From an uncultured Actinomycetota bacterium (GTDB taxonomy: Bacteria > Actinomycetota > Actinomycetes > Propionibacteriales > Nocardioidaceae): DNA of 64,000 nucleotides. The translations under genes and the position numbers were made by a program. Positions 20,063 to 30,245 of this stretch are shown here, in pieces. The stretch spans positions 637,917 to 701,916 of the forward strand of contig CAWHMS010000001.1 in the NCBI GenBank assembly GCA_963830495.1, given 5' to 3'. The notes beneath the pieces were generated by a model. It was not told the origin of the DNA and did no database searches. It saw nothing but the letters and a program-made list of their open reading frames with translations. Within the stretch, counting starts at the first letter, position 1; each line of letters starts with the position of its first letter.

Positions 20063-22629
20063 TCCGCTTCGCGCTGAAGAGCCTGGCCGGGCGCAAGCTG
20101 CGCACGACGCTGACCGCCCTCGCGATCGTGCTGGGCGTCGCAATGATGAGCGGCGCGTACGTGCTCACCGACACGATCGACAAGGCGTTCGACACGATCT
20201 TCGTCGACTCGTACGCCGGCACGGACGCCGTCGTGACCGGGAAGGAGGCCGGCTTCAGCTTCGAGGGCGAGTCGGCGCAGACCCCACCGATCCCGGAAGC
20301 AACACTGGAGCGGGTTCGCGCGGTCGACGGCGTCGAGTCCGCGACCGGCTCGATTGAGGACTTCCAGACAAAGCTGCTTCGGCCTGACGGTGAGCCGATC
20401 GACACCGGCGGCTCGCCGTCGTTCGCGTTCGGCATCGACACCGCGCCCGAGTACGACCGCTTCAACCCGCTCAACCTCCTCGAAGGGCGCTGGGCCAGCG
20501 GCGGCGGCGAGGTCGCCGTCGACGAGGGCCTCGCTGATGATGAGAATCTGGCACTCGGGGACCGGATCGGAGTCGCGGCCCTCGGGCCGGCGCAGGAGTT
20601 CGAGATCGTCGGCATCGCCAAGTACGGCGACCTGAGCTCGCTCGGCGGCGCCACTTTCGCGATCTTCGACGTAGCGACGGCGCAAGAACTCTTGGGCAAG
20701 GAAGGGCAGCTCGACGCAGTGCAGGTAGCCGCCACGCCGGGGACTACCCCCGAACAGGTGAGCCAGCGAATCCAGTCAGAGCTCGGCAGCGGCGTCACCG
20801 TCCGGACCGGCGTTGAGGAGGCAGACGAGGCGTCGAGCGAGATCGCCACCTTCACGACCATCATCCGGTACTTCCTGCTCACGTTCGCAGGCATCGCGCT
20901 CTTCGTCGGGGCGTTCGTCATCTTCAACACCTTCTCGATCACGGTCGCACAGCGGATGCGGGAGTTCGCGACCCTCCGAACGATCGGTGCATCGCGGCGT
21001 CAGGTGCTGAGATCGGTGATCCTCGAGGCGCTAGTGATCGGCCTCAGCGCCTCGATCGTCGGCCTTTTCTGCGGACTCGGGCTCGCTGTCGGACTGAATA
21101 GGCTGTTCACGTCGCTGAACCTCGAGCTGCCGCAGACCCAGACGGTCTTCGCGACGCGCACGATCGTCGTCTCGCTCCTGGTCGGGACGCTCGTGACGCT
21201 GATCGCCGGTCTCTTCCCGGCGATGCGGGCGACCCGGGTGCCTCCGATCGCCGCGGTTCGAGAAGGCGCGACGTTGCCGGAGGGTCGCTTCGCACGCTTC
21301 ACGCCATACATGGCAGCCGCGATCGTTGCTCTGGCGGTCCTCGCGCTCGGCTACGGAACCCTCGCCGACGGCATCGCCATCGGTGAGCGATTCGCGCTGC
21401 TCGGTATCGGCGTGCTCGCGTTGTTCATCGGGGTCGCGATGCTCTCATCCCGGCTCGTGCGTCCGCTCGTAAGGGTCGTGGGCTTTCCGGCCCGGCACAT
21501 GGGCGGCGCGGCCGGGAAGCTCGCCGAGGGCAACGCTCAGCGTAATCCGGGCCGCACGGCCGCAACTGCCGCGGCGTTGATGATCGGCATCGCGCTGGTG
21601 ACATTCGTCTCCGTCCTGGCCGCCGGTCTGCGCGTCTCGAACAGCGACGCGATCGAGCGCCAGATCCAGTCCGACCTGCTCATCACCTCCCAAGACGGCT
21701 ACTCCGAGTTCCCGGCCGCCGTGGGTGAGGCGGTCGAGGGAGCCGCAGGCGTTGAGACGGTGAGCAACATCCGCCAAGACATCGCCCAGATCGACGGCGA
21801 CGGCTCCGCTCTGACCGGCCTCGACGAGCGAATCAATGAGGTCTACGACTTCCGTTGGGAAGACGGGTCAGACCAGGTGGTCACACAACTCGGGGACGAC
21901 GGGGCGGTGCTACCGAGCCACGTCGCCGAGGACCACGACCTCGCGGTGGGCGACTCCTTCCGGGTGCTCACCCCCGACAACGAGCGGCAGGACTTCGTCG
22001 TCCGCGGCATCTATGAGGGCAGCCCCTTCTATCCGCTGCTCGGCGCGGCGAGCATCTCGCTGGAGGCGTTCGACGGACTGTACGACCGGCCGCGCAACCG
22101 TTTCACGCTGCTGAATGTCGCCAGTGGCGAGGCGGCTGCGAGAACGAGCGTCGAGAACGCCCTGGAGGGCTTCCCCGACACCCGCCTCCAGACCCGTACG
22201 GAGTGGATCGACAAGGAGGACCAGGAGATCCAACAGTTCCTGCTGCTGCTCTACGTCTTGCTCGCGCTGTCGGTGGTCATCAGCCTGTTCGGCATGGTCA
22301 ACACGCTCGCGCTGTCGGTGTTCGAGCGCACACGAGAGCTAGGAATGCTGCGAGCGGTCGGGATGACGCGGCAACAGACCCGCAGGATGATCCGACACGA
22401 AAGCGTAATCACCGCACTGATCGGCGCGGCGCTCGGGCTCCCGCTCGGAATCCTGCTGGCGGCACTCGTGACGCGCGCCCTCGCCCAATTCGACCTCCGC
22501 TTCTCGGTACCGGTCGGCCAACTGATAGTGCTCGCCACCGTGGCCGTCATCGCAGGACTCCTTGCGGCCATCACGCCAGCCCGACGAGCCGCGAAGCTCG
22601 ACCCGCTTCGCGCCCTCCAATACGAGTAA
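20059..22629 (+). CDS. ABC transporter permease with two FtsX domains (MacB-like, 856 aa)
   Basis: ATGA overlap with the ATPase gene. It has an N-terminal TM plus a large extracytoplasmic domain plus a 3-TM FtsX module, and this arrangement is then duplicated. Confidence 0.9.
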   Translation: MIRFALKSLAGRKLRTTLTALAIVLGVAMMSGAYVLTDTIDKAFDTIFVDSYAGTDAVVTGKEAGFSFEGESAQTPPIPEATLERVRAVDGVESATGSIEDFQTKLLRPDGEPIDTGGSPSFAFGIDTAPEYDRFNPLNLLEGRWASGGGEVAVDEGLADDENLALGDRIGVAALGPAQEFEIVGIAKYGDLSSLGGATFAIFDVATAQELLGKEGQLDAVQVAATPGTTPEQVSQRIQSELGSGVTVRTGVEEADEASSEIATFTTIIRYFLLTFAGIALFVGAFVIFNTFSITVAQRMREFATLRTIGASRRQVLRSVILEALVIGLSASIVGLFCGLGLAVGLNRLFTSLNLELPQTQTVFATRTIVVSLLVGTLVTLIAGLFPAMRATRVPPIAAVREGATLPEGRFARFTPYMAAAIVALAVLALGYGTLADGIAIGERFALLGIGVLALFIGVAMLSSRLVRPLVRVVGFPARHMGGAAGKLAEGNAQRNPGRTAATAAALMIGIALVTFVSVLAAGLRVSNSDAIERQIQSDLLITSQDGYSEFPAAVGEAVEGAAGVETVSNIRQDIAQIDGDGSALTGLDERINEVYDFRWEDGSDQVVTQLGDDGAVLPSHVAEDHDLAVGDSFRVLTPDNERQDFVVRGIYEGSPFYPLLGAASISLEAFDGLYDRPRNRFTLLNVASGEAAARTSVENALEGFPDTRLQTRTEWIDKEDQEIQQFLLLLYVLLALSVVISLFGMVNTLALSVFERTRELGMLRAVGMTRQQTRRMIRHESVITALIGAALGLPLGILLAALVTRALAQFDLRFSVPVGQLIVLATVAVIAGLLAAITPARRAAKLDPLRALQYE

Positions 22630-23109
22630 TGCCAATCGCACTGGTAGACCTTCGAGCCGCTCACCGACCCATGTATCGGGATCTGCGCGAACGGGGTGCC
22701 CCTTTCCGGCCACACCTGGGAAGCGAGCGATCACATTCCGCATCCGAGGTCCTGCCGCCCTGAGCCCAGCCGTGAGTACCGCTTGCGTTGTTTGGTGACC
22801 TCGCGACGATTGCGATATCGAACTGGCCACCCGAGTTCGCCTGACCATGCAGATCGACGCGCCGCCGAACCACGAGGGTGTCGGCGCTTGTCGTGCGAGC
22901 CTCCCCGCCTCGACCAGACATCCTCGCAGTCATTGTCGATCGGTACGTAGACGCCACGTCCGGAGAGCCGACGAGTGCACTCGACCCCGCCCTCAACGCA
23001 CCCAAGTGCCGGACGGTGCTTTCGAACCGCTCGAAGTTGCTATTCCTCGGGTCTTGGCTGCGGGTCTAACCTGACCGGCGAATCATCCGGCTGGAGAAGG
23101 GACGACGCG

Positions 23110-24543
23110 ATGACAATCACCGTGGCGACGCTGCGAGGGTCTGAGGCGTCGATCAGCGACGAGAGCCTCGACGAACTGCGCATGACGATCCGAGGCGACG
23201 TCCTCACCCCAGAGGATCCCGGATATGCGGGGGTCCGAGCCGCGTACAACGCAATGCATCCGGGGAAACCGGCGCTGGTCGTGCAGGCCACGGGCACCGC
23301 CGACGTGATCGATGCGGTCAACTTCGCTCGCGACAACGGACTCCTCATCGCCGTTCGCGGGGGCGGCCACTCGGTGGCTGGGCTGTCGAGCGTTGACGGG
23401 GGTTTGCTCCTTGACCTCGCCGGGATGAACGGCGTCGACGTCGACCCGGACACACAGACGGTGCGCGTCCAGGGTGGAGCGCTGGTCGGCGACCTGGATC
23501 GGGAGACCCAGGCATTCGGGCTGGTCGCCCCGTCCGGCGTCGTCTCCGACACCGGCATAGCTGGGCTCACACTCGGCGGCGGAGAGGGATGGGTTCGCCG
23601 CAAGCATGGGTTGTCGATCGACAACCTGTTATCCGCCCAGGTGGTGTGTGCGGACGGTCAGGTGCGGACCGCATCGGCGGACTCGAACCCCGATCTGTTC
23701 TGGGCCATCCGCGGCGGAGGCGGCAACTTCGGCGTGGTCACATCGTTCACCTTCCAGTGCCACCCGGTCGGTCCGATGGTGGCGTTCGCGGGCGTGTTCC
23801 ATCCTGTCGAGGACGCCGAGAACGTGTACCTACAGTTCCGCGACTGGGCCAAGACGGCACCGGATGAGATCTCCGCACTGATCGGATGCACGACGCTTCC
23901 CGCGAGCGAGCACACGCCGCCGGAGGTCCACAACACACCGTTCATCGTCACCGGCGCCGTCTACTCCGGTGATCCGGAGGAAGGCATGAACGTCATCCAG
24001 CCGCTCCGCGAGATCGGAACCCCGCTCGTCGACATCTCAGGCCCGCTGCCCTTCGTCGGCGTGCAGGCCGCCTTCGACGAGTTTTTCCAGCGGGGGACTC
24101 TTCGCAGCTACTGGAAGTCCACGTTCGTCGACGAGTTGACCGACCCGGTCCTCGACATCATCGTGAATCGGGCTCGCAGCCGTCCGCACGATCGTGTCTT
24201 CGTGGTCACCTTCTTCATGGGCGGCGCCATCAACCGCGTAGGAGCCGAGGACACTGCCTACAGCGAGCGGTCGGCAAACTGGATGGTCTCGATCGATGGC
24301 AACTGGGAAGACGCGACCGACGACGACAAGGTCATCTCGTGGGTGCGCGGCGCGTGGGCCGAAGTGCACGAGCACGGCACAGGCTCGCTGTACCTGAACT
24401 TCACCGGCGTCGCCGACGAAGCACCCACGGTCGGCGTCGAGAGCGCGTTCGGCAAGAACCTCCAGCGGCTGGGCCAGATCAAGGCCAAGTACGACCCCGA
24501 CAACCTGTTCCGCCTGAACAACAACATCATCCCGGCAACGTAG
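23110..24543 (+). CDS. FAD-linked oxidase (berberine-bridge-enzyme-like)
   Basis: The FAD_binding_4 region is PALVVQATGTADVIDAVNFARDNGLLIAVRGGGHS. The C-terminal BBE-type tail is KYDPDNLFRLNNNI. Confidence 0.9.
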   Translation: MTITVATLRGSEASISDESLDELRMTIRGDVLTPEDPGYAGVRAAYNAMHPGKPALVVQATGTADVIDAVNFARDNGLLIAVRGGGHSVAGLSSVDGGLLLDLAGMNGVDVDPDTQTVRVQGGALVGDLDRETQAFGLVAPSGVVSDTGIAGLTLGGGEGWVRRKHGLSIDNLLSAQVVCADGQVRTASADSNPDLFWAIRGGGGNFGVVTSFTFQCHPVGPMVAFAGVFHPVEDAENVYLQFRDWAKTAPDEISALIGCTTLPASEHTPPEVHNTPFIVTGAVYSGDPEEGMNVIQPLREIGTPLVDISGPLPFVGVQAAFDEFFQRGTLRSYWKSTFVDELTDPVLDIIVNRARSRPHDRVFVVTFFMGGAINRVGAEDTAYSERSANWMVSIDGNWEDATDDDKVISWVRGAWAEVHEHGTGSLYLNFTGVADEAPTVGVESAFGKNLQRLGQIKAKYDPDNLFRLNNNIIPAT

Positions 24544-24872
24544 GGCAACCAACGTACGGTACACACCGCCCGGGAGCCGCCGTCACTCGGCGACTACTAC
24601 GGCGCCACCCTGCCCGACGGCTCCGGCGGCGGGCAGCAGACCTCCGGGGGGGTGCCAGGGTGGCCTGAGGGTCGGGGGCGGGCAACCATCCCGGTCAACT
24701 CGCCGCGGCGTGCTACGTGATTGTCAGTCTCAGCCGGCGACAGCCACGACCGTCGCAGAGTGCTTGGCGCCTGCCGACACGCGCACGACGTGGGTAGTTG
24801 CCGCTTTGTGGTGCCTCTGTCATGGTTGTGAGCGTCTGACGTGACTCAGATCACGCCCAGGGGGAGGGATCC

Positions 24873-27800
24873 ATGCTCGTCGGCCGCCTCGTCCACCTAC
24901 CTCTCGTACGCGTCGCCGCCGCTCTGGCGCTCGCGACGACGGCACTGGCGTTCACGCCTATACCGGCTGCCGACGCACAGGATCCGGTTGGTGTCGGCCT
25001 CACCCTGGAGGGGTGCCGGATCACGGCGGGGACAACTCTGCCCATCGACGGGCGGTTCGTCTGCCCGGACAACATGTACACGACAGGGCAGCTGGGAACG
25101 CAGTGGGCCGAGCTGGACCTGATTCCGTTCCGTCTGGAGGCAAGAAATCGAGGACCCACTCAGACGTACACGATCGCGGTGGGGGGTGACCACGAAGAGG
25201 GCGGCGTGCAGGGCTACGACGCCGTCTCGGTCCCAGTACTCAACAGGGGACTGTCGGACTCAACCTGCCAGGAGCCGCAGGTCGGACCCCAAGAGACGAG
25301 AACCCCCGGAGTGGGTGGCGCTGACGTCTCCATCTACCGGAACCTGACCATCACCCAGACCGCCGATAAGACCTGCGTTTACGACTACACGATGCGTCTG
25401 GCACTCGGCGTGCAGCGGATGTCCGGCGGATCGCTCAGCGCACGGATAGGTAACGAGGACCTCCCGAGCTCGATTCAGAACATCGGCATCAATCCCGGTG
25501 GGCTGGCTCCGCAGGAGCTGAGCAAGACCATCGAGGCGGCGCGCGGAAACGGGTTCCTCTGGGACGTCACGAAGAGCACCATCGCGGCGCAGGTGTCAGT
25601 TGATACATGTGTCGACAACCCCACCGCGAGCTTCGTGAGCACCATCCACTGGACCCGGACACCGGTGACCGGCGACGTCACCTGGACCTCGACCGTCCGC
25701 GCCACCAACCCGTCCAACCGAAACCTCCTCATCCGGGTGACCGACGTCGTCAGTGCCAACGGAAGCCAGATCGATACGACCACCGGGGACCGGGAGTTGT
25801 TGCCCGCTGGTGCGATGAACCATCCGGTGCTCACGCACAGCGGCACCGCACCGCCAGGGACGACGACCGTGTCGGACAAGGCGACCGCCACTTACACCGA
25901 CACGGTGACTGACGAAGCGATCCCCCAGAACACATCGGCCACCGCATCTACACAGGTCGTCGACAACCCGCCGGGCAACGAGACCGCGCAGATCACCGAC
26001 GTGACCACGAGCGTCGGCGCACCCATTTCAGTGGATTCGCTCTTATCCGAGACCAATCCCGGCAGCGTGAACGTCCCCCTTGGACAGCCGGTGACAAGCC
26101 CGATCACCTGGCAGTCGGGCACCGTCTCAGCGAGCGGGAGCGCGAACCTGGTGTTCACCGCCTACCTCAACCAGAAATTCGGCGGCCAGGTCGACATAGC
26201 CGACACGGCGACCCTGGTCGACAGTGGAGGCGGTCAGCAGACAGCCTCGGCTGTGGCCGAGATACACGGAAACCCGGCAGCACCCACGATCACCTTCATC
26301 AAGACCGTCGACGTCCCGCCGACCCAGACCGTGGACTTCCGGTTCGGCATCTGGTTCGCGGGCCAGGACCCGGCCACCGACCCGCCGATCGTCAGCGGTT
26401 CGGTGACCATCCGAGCGGGCAGCACGCAGAGCGAGACGATCGCGATCGACGTACCCCCCTCGCCCAATGGCTACCAGTACGTCGAGGAGCCGGCTCCGGG
26501 GTATGTCGGCCTCGGCAACGGTGTCGTGCAGCCACTCGGCTTCTGCGACGAGTTCGAGGGACAGGTCGCCAACGAGCGCCAGATGGGCACGATCACCGTG
26601 ACGAAGGTCGCGCAGGGCGACCCCGCAGGCGCCGACCCGACCGCGACCGTCATCGTGGACTGCGATCCCGGAACGACGTACGACCAGACCTTGATCGTGC
26701 CGCCGGGTGAGACGGTGGAGACCGACCCGATCCCGTCCGGCACCCAGTGCACCATCTCTGAGCCCAACCCGCCAGAAGGTTGGGACGTGACCATCGACCC
26801 GGACACCGTGGTGGTCCAGGGCGGGCAACCGGTGCAGGTGACGGTCACCAACACCCGGCAGGTCGGTGAGTTGGTGGTGACGAAGGTGATCGAGGGCGAG
26901 GTCGCCGGGGCCAGCACTACGTTCCCGATCGCCGTGGACTGCCAGCCCGGGACCGAATACGACGAGTCGTTCGAGCTGACCGTGCCCGATGGGGACACCG
27001 AGGTAAGCTCGGAAACCTTCCAGATCCCGGTCGGGGTGACCTGCACGGTCAGCGAGGGCCAGATCCCTGACGGTTGGGGTTTTGACGGCATCACTCCCAA
27101 CAGCGTGGTCACCATCGACCAGGACACCACCGAGGTCACCGTCACCAACACCCGGCTCATCGGCTCGCTGGTGGTGAATAAGGTTGCGGCCGGCGACCCG
27201 ATCGACGCAAGCACGGAGTTCACCGTCCACGTGGCGTGCAGCAACGGCTTCGAGGAAGATGTGGCGCTCGACGTCGGCACGGCGGGTGGAGACTCCGCGA
27301 CCGTTGGCCCCATCCCGTCGGGTGTGTCGTGCACGGTGACCGAGCCCACCACCCCGGAGGGGTGGACGCGGGTGAGCATCGAGCCAGGCATGGTGGTGAT
27401 CGGCACAGACCCGACCAATCCAGTCGGTGTGACGGTCACCAACGAGCGCGACGTGGGCACCATCGAAGTGGAGAAGGTGGTCGAGGGTGATCCGGCGGGG
27501 TCGGACGCCACCGCGACCATCGAGGTGGGCTGCCCGGGCGACGACTACGACCAGACCTTGATCGTGCCGCCGGGTGAGACGGTGGAGACCGGTGAGATTC
27601 CGACTCTGCTGGAGTGCACCATCTCTGAGCCCAACCCGCCAGAAGGTTGGGACGTGACCATCGACCCGGACACCGTGGTGGTGCAGGGCGGGCCGCCGGT
27701 GCTCGTGACGGTCACCAACACTCGGCAGACCGGGGAGGTCACAGTCGTTAAGCGCCTTGTCGGCCCGGTCGCAGGCGCGGACACTGAGTTCACGCTGGAG

Positions 27801-28808
27801 CTCGACTGTGAAGCGGAGGGGTTCCCTCAACAGGTCACGCTGAACGTCACGGACGGCGTATCGGCGTCCGAGACCGTCGGTGACATCCCGACGGGCACCA
27901 GCTGCCACCTGACCGAGCCAACGACCCCCGAGGGGTGGACGCTTGCCGGGATAGCGCCCGCCCAGGTGACGGTCGATGAGGACCCGGTCCGCCTGGAGGC
28001 GGAGAACAGGCGACTCACCGGCGGCCTGGAGATCTACAAAGCCCTGCTCGGCCCGGTGGACGGCGCCTCGACGTCGTTCTCGGCGTTCCTGAACTGCGAT
28101 GGCACCGACTTCGACCAGGATCTCGTCATCGAGGTGCGCAATGGCGTCATCTCGCGGACGGTGATCGATGGCATCCCGACCGGTGTGACGTGCACCGCGG
28201 AGGAGGTCCGCATCCCGCCGACGTGGAGTCTGGGGGGCGTCGCGAACAACACGGTCACCATCGAGGGCACCGAGCTCATCACGGTCCATGTCGTCAACAC
28301 CCGAGTCACTGGCGAGGTCACGGTCGTCAAGGAACTGCGAGGTCCTGCACCGGAGACGCCTACGTCGTTCGACCTCGAGCTCGATTGTGACGACGACCTG
28401 TTCGACACAGCGGTGCCGGTGGACGTGGGTGCGGGCGACACCCGGGTCCGAGAGCAGTTCTCGGGTATCGCGACCGGGGTCACCTGCTCGGTCTCGGAGC
28501 CGGGCCTGCCTGCGGGATGGCGGCTGGTGTCCATCGAGCCTGCCCGCGCAACCGTCCAGCAGGCCGAGCCACGGGAGTTCACCGTGGTCAACCAACAGAT
28601 GCGGGTGCAACCCACTCCACCTCCGTCGACTTCTCCCACTGAGCAGCCGACGGACGTACAGCCCGGTGCCGAGCTACCGGACACCGGCTCTTCGATGCCT
28701 CTCTGGCTCGTTATCCTGCTGCTCGTAGCCGGCTTCGGGTTCATCGCAACATCGGTCGTGGTGTTGGCGTACTCCCGCCGGTCGGAGGACCACCCGACAC
28801 CCTTCTAA
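24873..28808 (+). CDS. LPXTG-anchored cell-wall surface protein with 7 tandem Ig-like (DUF5979/SpaA-type) repeats
   Basis: GGGGGAGGGATCC lies before the ATG. A signal peptide ends ...PAADAQD. Seven ~95-aa repeats start G(T/E/S)(I/L/V)xVxK and each has two conserved Cys (~26580-28590). The C-terminus is LPDTG + hydrophobic helix + RRSE tail. Confidence 0.9.
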   Translation: MLVGRLVHLPLVRVAAALALATTALAFTPIPAADAQDPVGVGLTLEGCRITAGTTLPIDGRFVCPDNMYTTGQLGTQWAELDLIPFRLEARNRGPTQTYTIAVGGDHEEGGVQGYDAVSVPVLNRGLSDSTCQEPQVGPQETRTPGVGGADVSIYRNLTITQTADKTCVYDYTMRLALGVQRMSGGSLSARIGNEDLPSSIQNIGINPGGLAPQELSKTIEAARGNGFLWDVTKSTIAAQVSVDTCVDNPTASFVSTIHWTRTPVTGDVTWTSTVRATNPSNRNLLIRVTDVVSANGSQIDTTTGDRELLPAGAMNHPVLTHSGTAPPGTTTVSDKATATYTDTVTDEAIPQNTSATASTQVVDNPPGNETAQITDVTTSVGAPISVDSLLSETNPGSVNVPLGQPVTSPITWQSGTVSASGSANLVFTAYLNQKFGGQVDIADTATLVDSGGGQQTASAVAEIHGNPAAPTITFIKTVDVPPTQTVDFRFGIWFAGQDPATDPPIVSGSVTIRAGSTQSETIAIDVPPSPNGYQYVEEPAPGYVGLGNGVVQPLGFCDEFEGQVANERQMGTITVTKVAQGDPAGADPTATVIVDCDPGTTYDQTLIVPPGETVETDPIPSGTQCTISEPNPPEGWDVTIDPDTVVVQGGQPVQVTVTNTRQVGELVVTKVIEGEVAGASTTFPIAVDCQPGTEYDESFELTVPDGDTEVSSETFQIPVGVTCTVSEGQIPDGWGFDGITPNSVVTIDQDTTEVTVTNTRLIGSLVVNKVAAGDPIDASTEFTVHVACSNGFEEDVALDVGTAGGDSATVGPIPSGVSCTVTEPTTPEGWTRVSIEPGMVVIGTDPTNPVGVTVTNERDVGTIEVEKVVEGDPAGSDATATIEVGCPGDDYDQTLIVPPGETVETGEIPTLLECTISEPNPPEGWDVTIDPDTVVVQGGPPVLVTVTNTRQTGEVTVVKRLVGPVAGADTEFTLELDCEAEGFPQQVTLNVTDGVSASETVGDIPTGTSCHLTEPTTPEGWTLAGIAPAQVTVDEDPVRLEAENRRLTGGLEIYKALLGPVDGASTSFSAFLNCDGTDFDQDLVIEVRNGVISRTVIDGIPTGVTCTAEEVRIPPTWSLGGVANNTVTIEGTELITVHVVNTRVTGEVTVVKELRGPAPETPTSFDLELDCDDDLFDTAVPVDVGAGDTRVREQFSGIATGVTCSVSEPGLPAGWRLVSIEPARATVQQAEPREFTVVNQQMRVQPTPPPSTSPTEQPTDVQPGAELPDTGSSMPLWLVILLLVAGFGFIATSVVVLAYSRRSEDHPTPF
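26679..26862 (+). repeat. intragenic near-identical duplication, copy A
   Basis: tacgaccagaccttgatcgtgccgccgggtgagacggtggagacc...gtcaccaacacccggcag recurs 867 nt (3 domain units) downstream with only scattered mismatches. Confidence 0.85.
27546..27729 (+). repeat. intragenic near-identical duplication, copy B
   Basis: Partner of 26679-26862. The protein segments are YDQTLIVPPGETVET..IP....CTISEPNPPEGWDVTIDPDTVVVQGG.PV.VTVTNTRQ. Confidence 0.85.
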
Positions 28809-28875
28809 TCAACTCCACTTGTCAGACGCTCAGCCGCCTCTTGCCGATTGAGCGCCTGGCAAGTCTGGGGGCCTG

Positions 28876-29199
28876 ATGGGCAAGGGCGGATGGGTGCACG
28901 TCGGCAGCCTCACCGTCACCCGCACGCCGCCGGCCCAACCCGGGGCACCGACCGATCTCGGGTTTAACGCGGACCGTCCGACGTCGGGGATGCTGACGTG
29001 GACCGCGCCTGCCAACCTCGGCGACCCAGAGTTGAAGGACTACCAGATCACCAAATCAGACTCCCGTCGAGCCTTTCTGGATCCTTGCACTCGGGTTCCG
29101 GTCGGACTCCCCGGCTGCGTCGCCGCCGCGCATGCAGGGTGCCCATACACTGTGGGACCCAGTGGGGTGCGCGTGCGTTTCACGCGATCTGGACGATGA
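28876..29199 (+). pseudogene. possible fibronectin-type-III fragment ORF
   Basis: PGAPTDLGFNADRPTSGMLTWTAPANLGDPELKDYQITKSD looks like the first half of an FN3 domain. The rest of the ORF is not FN3-like and there is no signal peptide. Confidence 0.25.
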
Positions 29200-29270
29200 G
29201 GCATCGCTGCGGTCGGAGTGGGATCGAGTCAGAACGTCAGAGAACAAACTCCGCGTGAAGAGGAGATGCC
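29186..29270 (+). promoter_or_regulatory. conserved leader, copy 1 (paralogous to 30162-30245)
   Basis: GATCTGGACGATG.GG....G.....CGGAGTGG.T..GAGTCAGAACGT....GAA....ACTCCGC..GAA.(A)GGA....CCATG is shared by both copies. It contains a 40-nt hairpin CGGAGT(N28)ACTCCG at 29214-29253. Confidence 0.4.
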
Positions 29271-29459
29271 ATGTCTGGAGCGGCTGCTGAAAGGCAAGCT
29301 CGGGATCTGCTCGCGACGATGACCGCGGAGTCGATCGCAGACCTCGACCTGGATCCGGAGATCCTCGTGCCCACTCGAGTCGGTGCCTGGGTGCATTCGA
29401 AGCCTTTGGACGACGTCGACAATCCACAAGTCGAACAACTGACGGAGGCACAACCGTGA
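29271..29459 (+). CDS. small ORF (62 aa), possibly a truncated AhpD/CMD-like protein
   Basis: MSGAAAERQARDLLATMTAESIADLDLDPEILVP... is paralogous to the ORF at 30246. Its stop overlaps the GTG of the next gene (GTGA). The tail uses A/T-ending codons that are atypical here. Confidence 0.35.
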   Translation: MSGAAAERQARDLLATMTAESIADLDLDPEILVPTRVGAWVHSKPLDDVDNPQVEQLTEAQP

Positions 29460-29929
29460 CACGACGCCTCGCAACCGCCTTCACGATCGCCCTCCTTGCG
29501 TTCGTTTCCGCCTCCGGTTGCGCTTCGGACGATGAAGGCAACGAACCGACCGAGGCCGCCACGGATGCCGCTGACAGCTCAGAGACGGATGCTCGAACTC
29601 TCGGTGAGGGCATCGAAAGCCTCCAAGATGCCCAGGCGCGGCTATGTCCCGAGCTGTCGGACCTCGAGGCAGATCTACGGGAGGTCGCCGCCAGCGGCAC
29701 CGAGCCTGGACAGGACGCGCTTGCGGGCCTCGGATCCTTCGCGGCGGCTTTCGAGGCCGCCGCCACGGCACTCACCGGGGCCGGGGCGGCGGATGCCGCT
29801 GCCGCCGCTGAGGACCTCGCGTCCAGTCTGGAGGCGCTGTCCACATCCGGAGGCGAGGACGCCCGCGCCCGCGCCGACGAGGCGGCCGATGCAGCTCAGC
29901 AGCTGACGGACGCTCTGCAGTGCCCCTGA
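29456..29929 (+). CDS. lipoprotein, Ala/Asp/Glu-rich helical
   Basis: The signal peptide has lipobox LAFVSASGC. GC3 is high, and there are two further Cys (LCPE, LQCP). Confidence 0.65.
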   Translation: MTRRLATAFTIALLAFVSASGCASDDEGNEPTEAATDAADSSETDARTLGEGIESLQDAQARLCPELSDLEADLREVAASGTEPGQDALAGLGSFAAAFEAAATALTGAGAADAAAAAEDLASSLEALSTSGGEDARARADEAADAAQQLTDALQCP

Positions 29930-30161
29930 CCCTGACCTAGGCACGGTCACCTCTCGCGCCCTCGTTCGGCCTCACCAGGTATCCCTCTGCCTCCTCGCCA
30001 ACAGGTTCAGTCATTGCCCAAGGCGACTCGATCCACCGAGGCCGCCCGCGGGCGACCGCCGGCTCAGCTGCCCCCCGTAGGGGTGCGGGGCGTTTCCTCC
30101 CTGAGTCTCGAGCGGGCCGGAGACTGACACCTCACGCGGTCTGCTTCCACTGTTTTCACCT

Positions 30162-30245
30162 GATCTGGACGATGCGGTGGCGGCCTAGCCGGAGTGGATT
30201 TGAGTCAGAACGTTCCGAAGCCGACTCCGCACGAAAGGAAGCACC
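30162..30245 (+). promoter_or_regulatory. conserved leader, copy 2
   Basis: Aligns with 29186-29270 with one indel. The same 40-nt hairpin CGGAGT(N28)ACTCCG lies at 30190-30229. Confidence 0.4.

Noticed and set aside
26127-28610. 827-aa ORF on the minus strand opposite the LPXTG gene. Similar long antisense or out-of-frame ORFs occur at 26471-27520, 28034-28744, 47784-48884, 48407-49861, 48575-49771, 19771-20685, 20049-20942, 55763-57013, 57023-57958, 59824-61152, 53053-53994 and 53243-54157.
   Set aside because: These are typical shadow ORFs of high-G+C DNA. They are Arg/Pro/Gly/Ala-rich with no motifs and no RBS. Each overlaps a gene on the other strand or frame that has clear family motifs.
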